Shown here one piece after another: positions 62,143 to 64,000 of a DNA stretch of 64,000 nucleotides. The notes beneath the pieces were generated by a model that worked only from the letters and a program-made list of their open reading frames with translations, was not told where the DNA came from and ran no database searches. The stretch's first letter is position 1. Each line of letters begins with the position of its first letter. Origin of the DNA: the human T2T-CHM13v2.0 reference genome, Homo sapiens. The stretch lies in assembly GCF_009914755.1 (NCBI RefSeq), contig NC_060930.1, one strand, 5' to 3'. A program made the position numbers and the translations under genes.

Positions 62143-64000
<1,858 letters not shown>

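Overview
Primate (very probably human, 6q24.1 by gene order) genomic DNA, rich in interspersed repeats. It holds three protein-coding loci whose exons splice in frame at GT-AG junctions. SMIM28 (+) has 2 coding exons and 152 aa. HEBP2/SOUL (+) has 4 coding exons, 205 aa and a CpG-island promoter. The 3' part of NHSL1 (-) comprises a 3,288-nt exon, a 133-nt exon and the last exon with a ~2-kb 3'UTR, convergent on HEBP2. Also present are a MARCKSL1 processed pseudogene head-to-head with the HEBP2 promoter, a decayed two-LTR ERVL provirus between HEBP2 and NHSL1, solo LTRs, L1/L2 fragments, Tigger-family transposons and about 30 Alus. The most unusual signals are two tiny 3'-truncated retrocopies of Pol III RNAs: a 5' half of tRNA-Gly(TCC) ending exactly at the anticodon, nested in an Alu nested in the MARCKSL1 pseudogene, and the first 42 nt of 5S rRNA. 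I found no new multi-gene system. Most ORFs in the track are Alu, antisense or GC-rich shadows. Gene and repeat names come from my memory of the sequences, not from a database search, and repeat boundaries are approximate.
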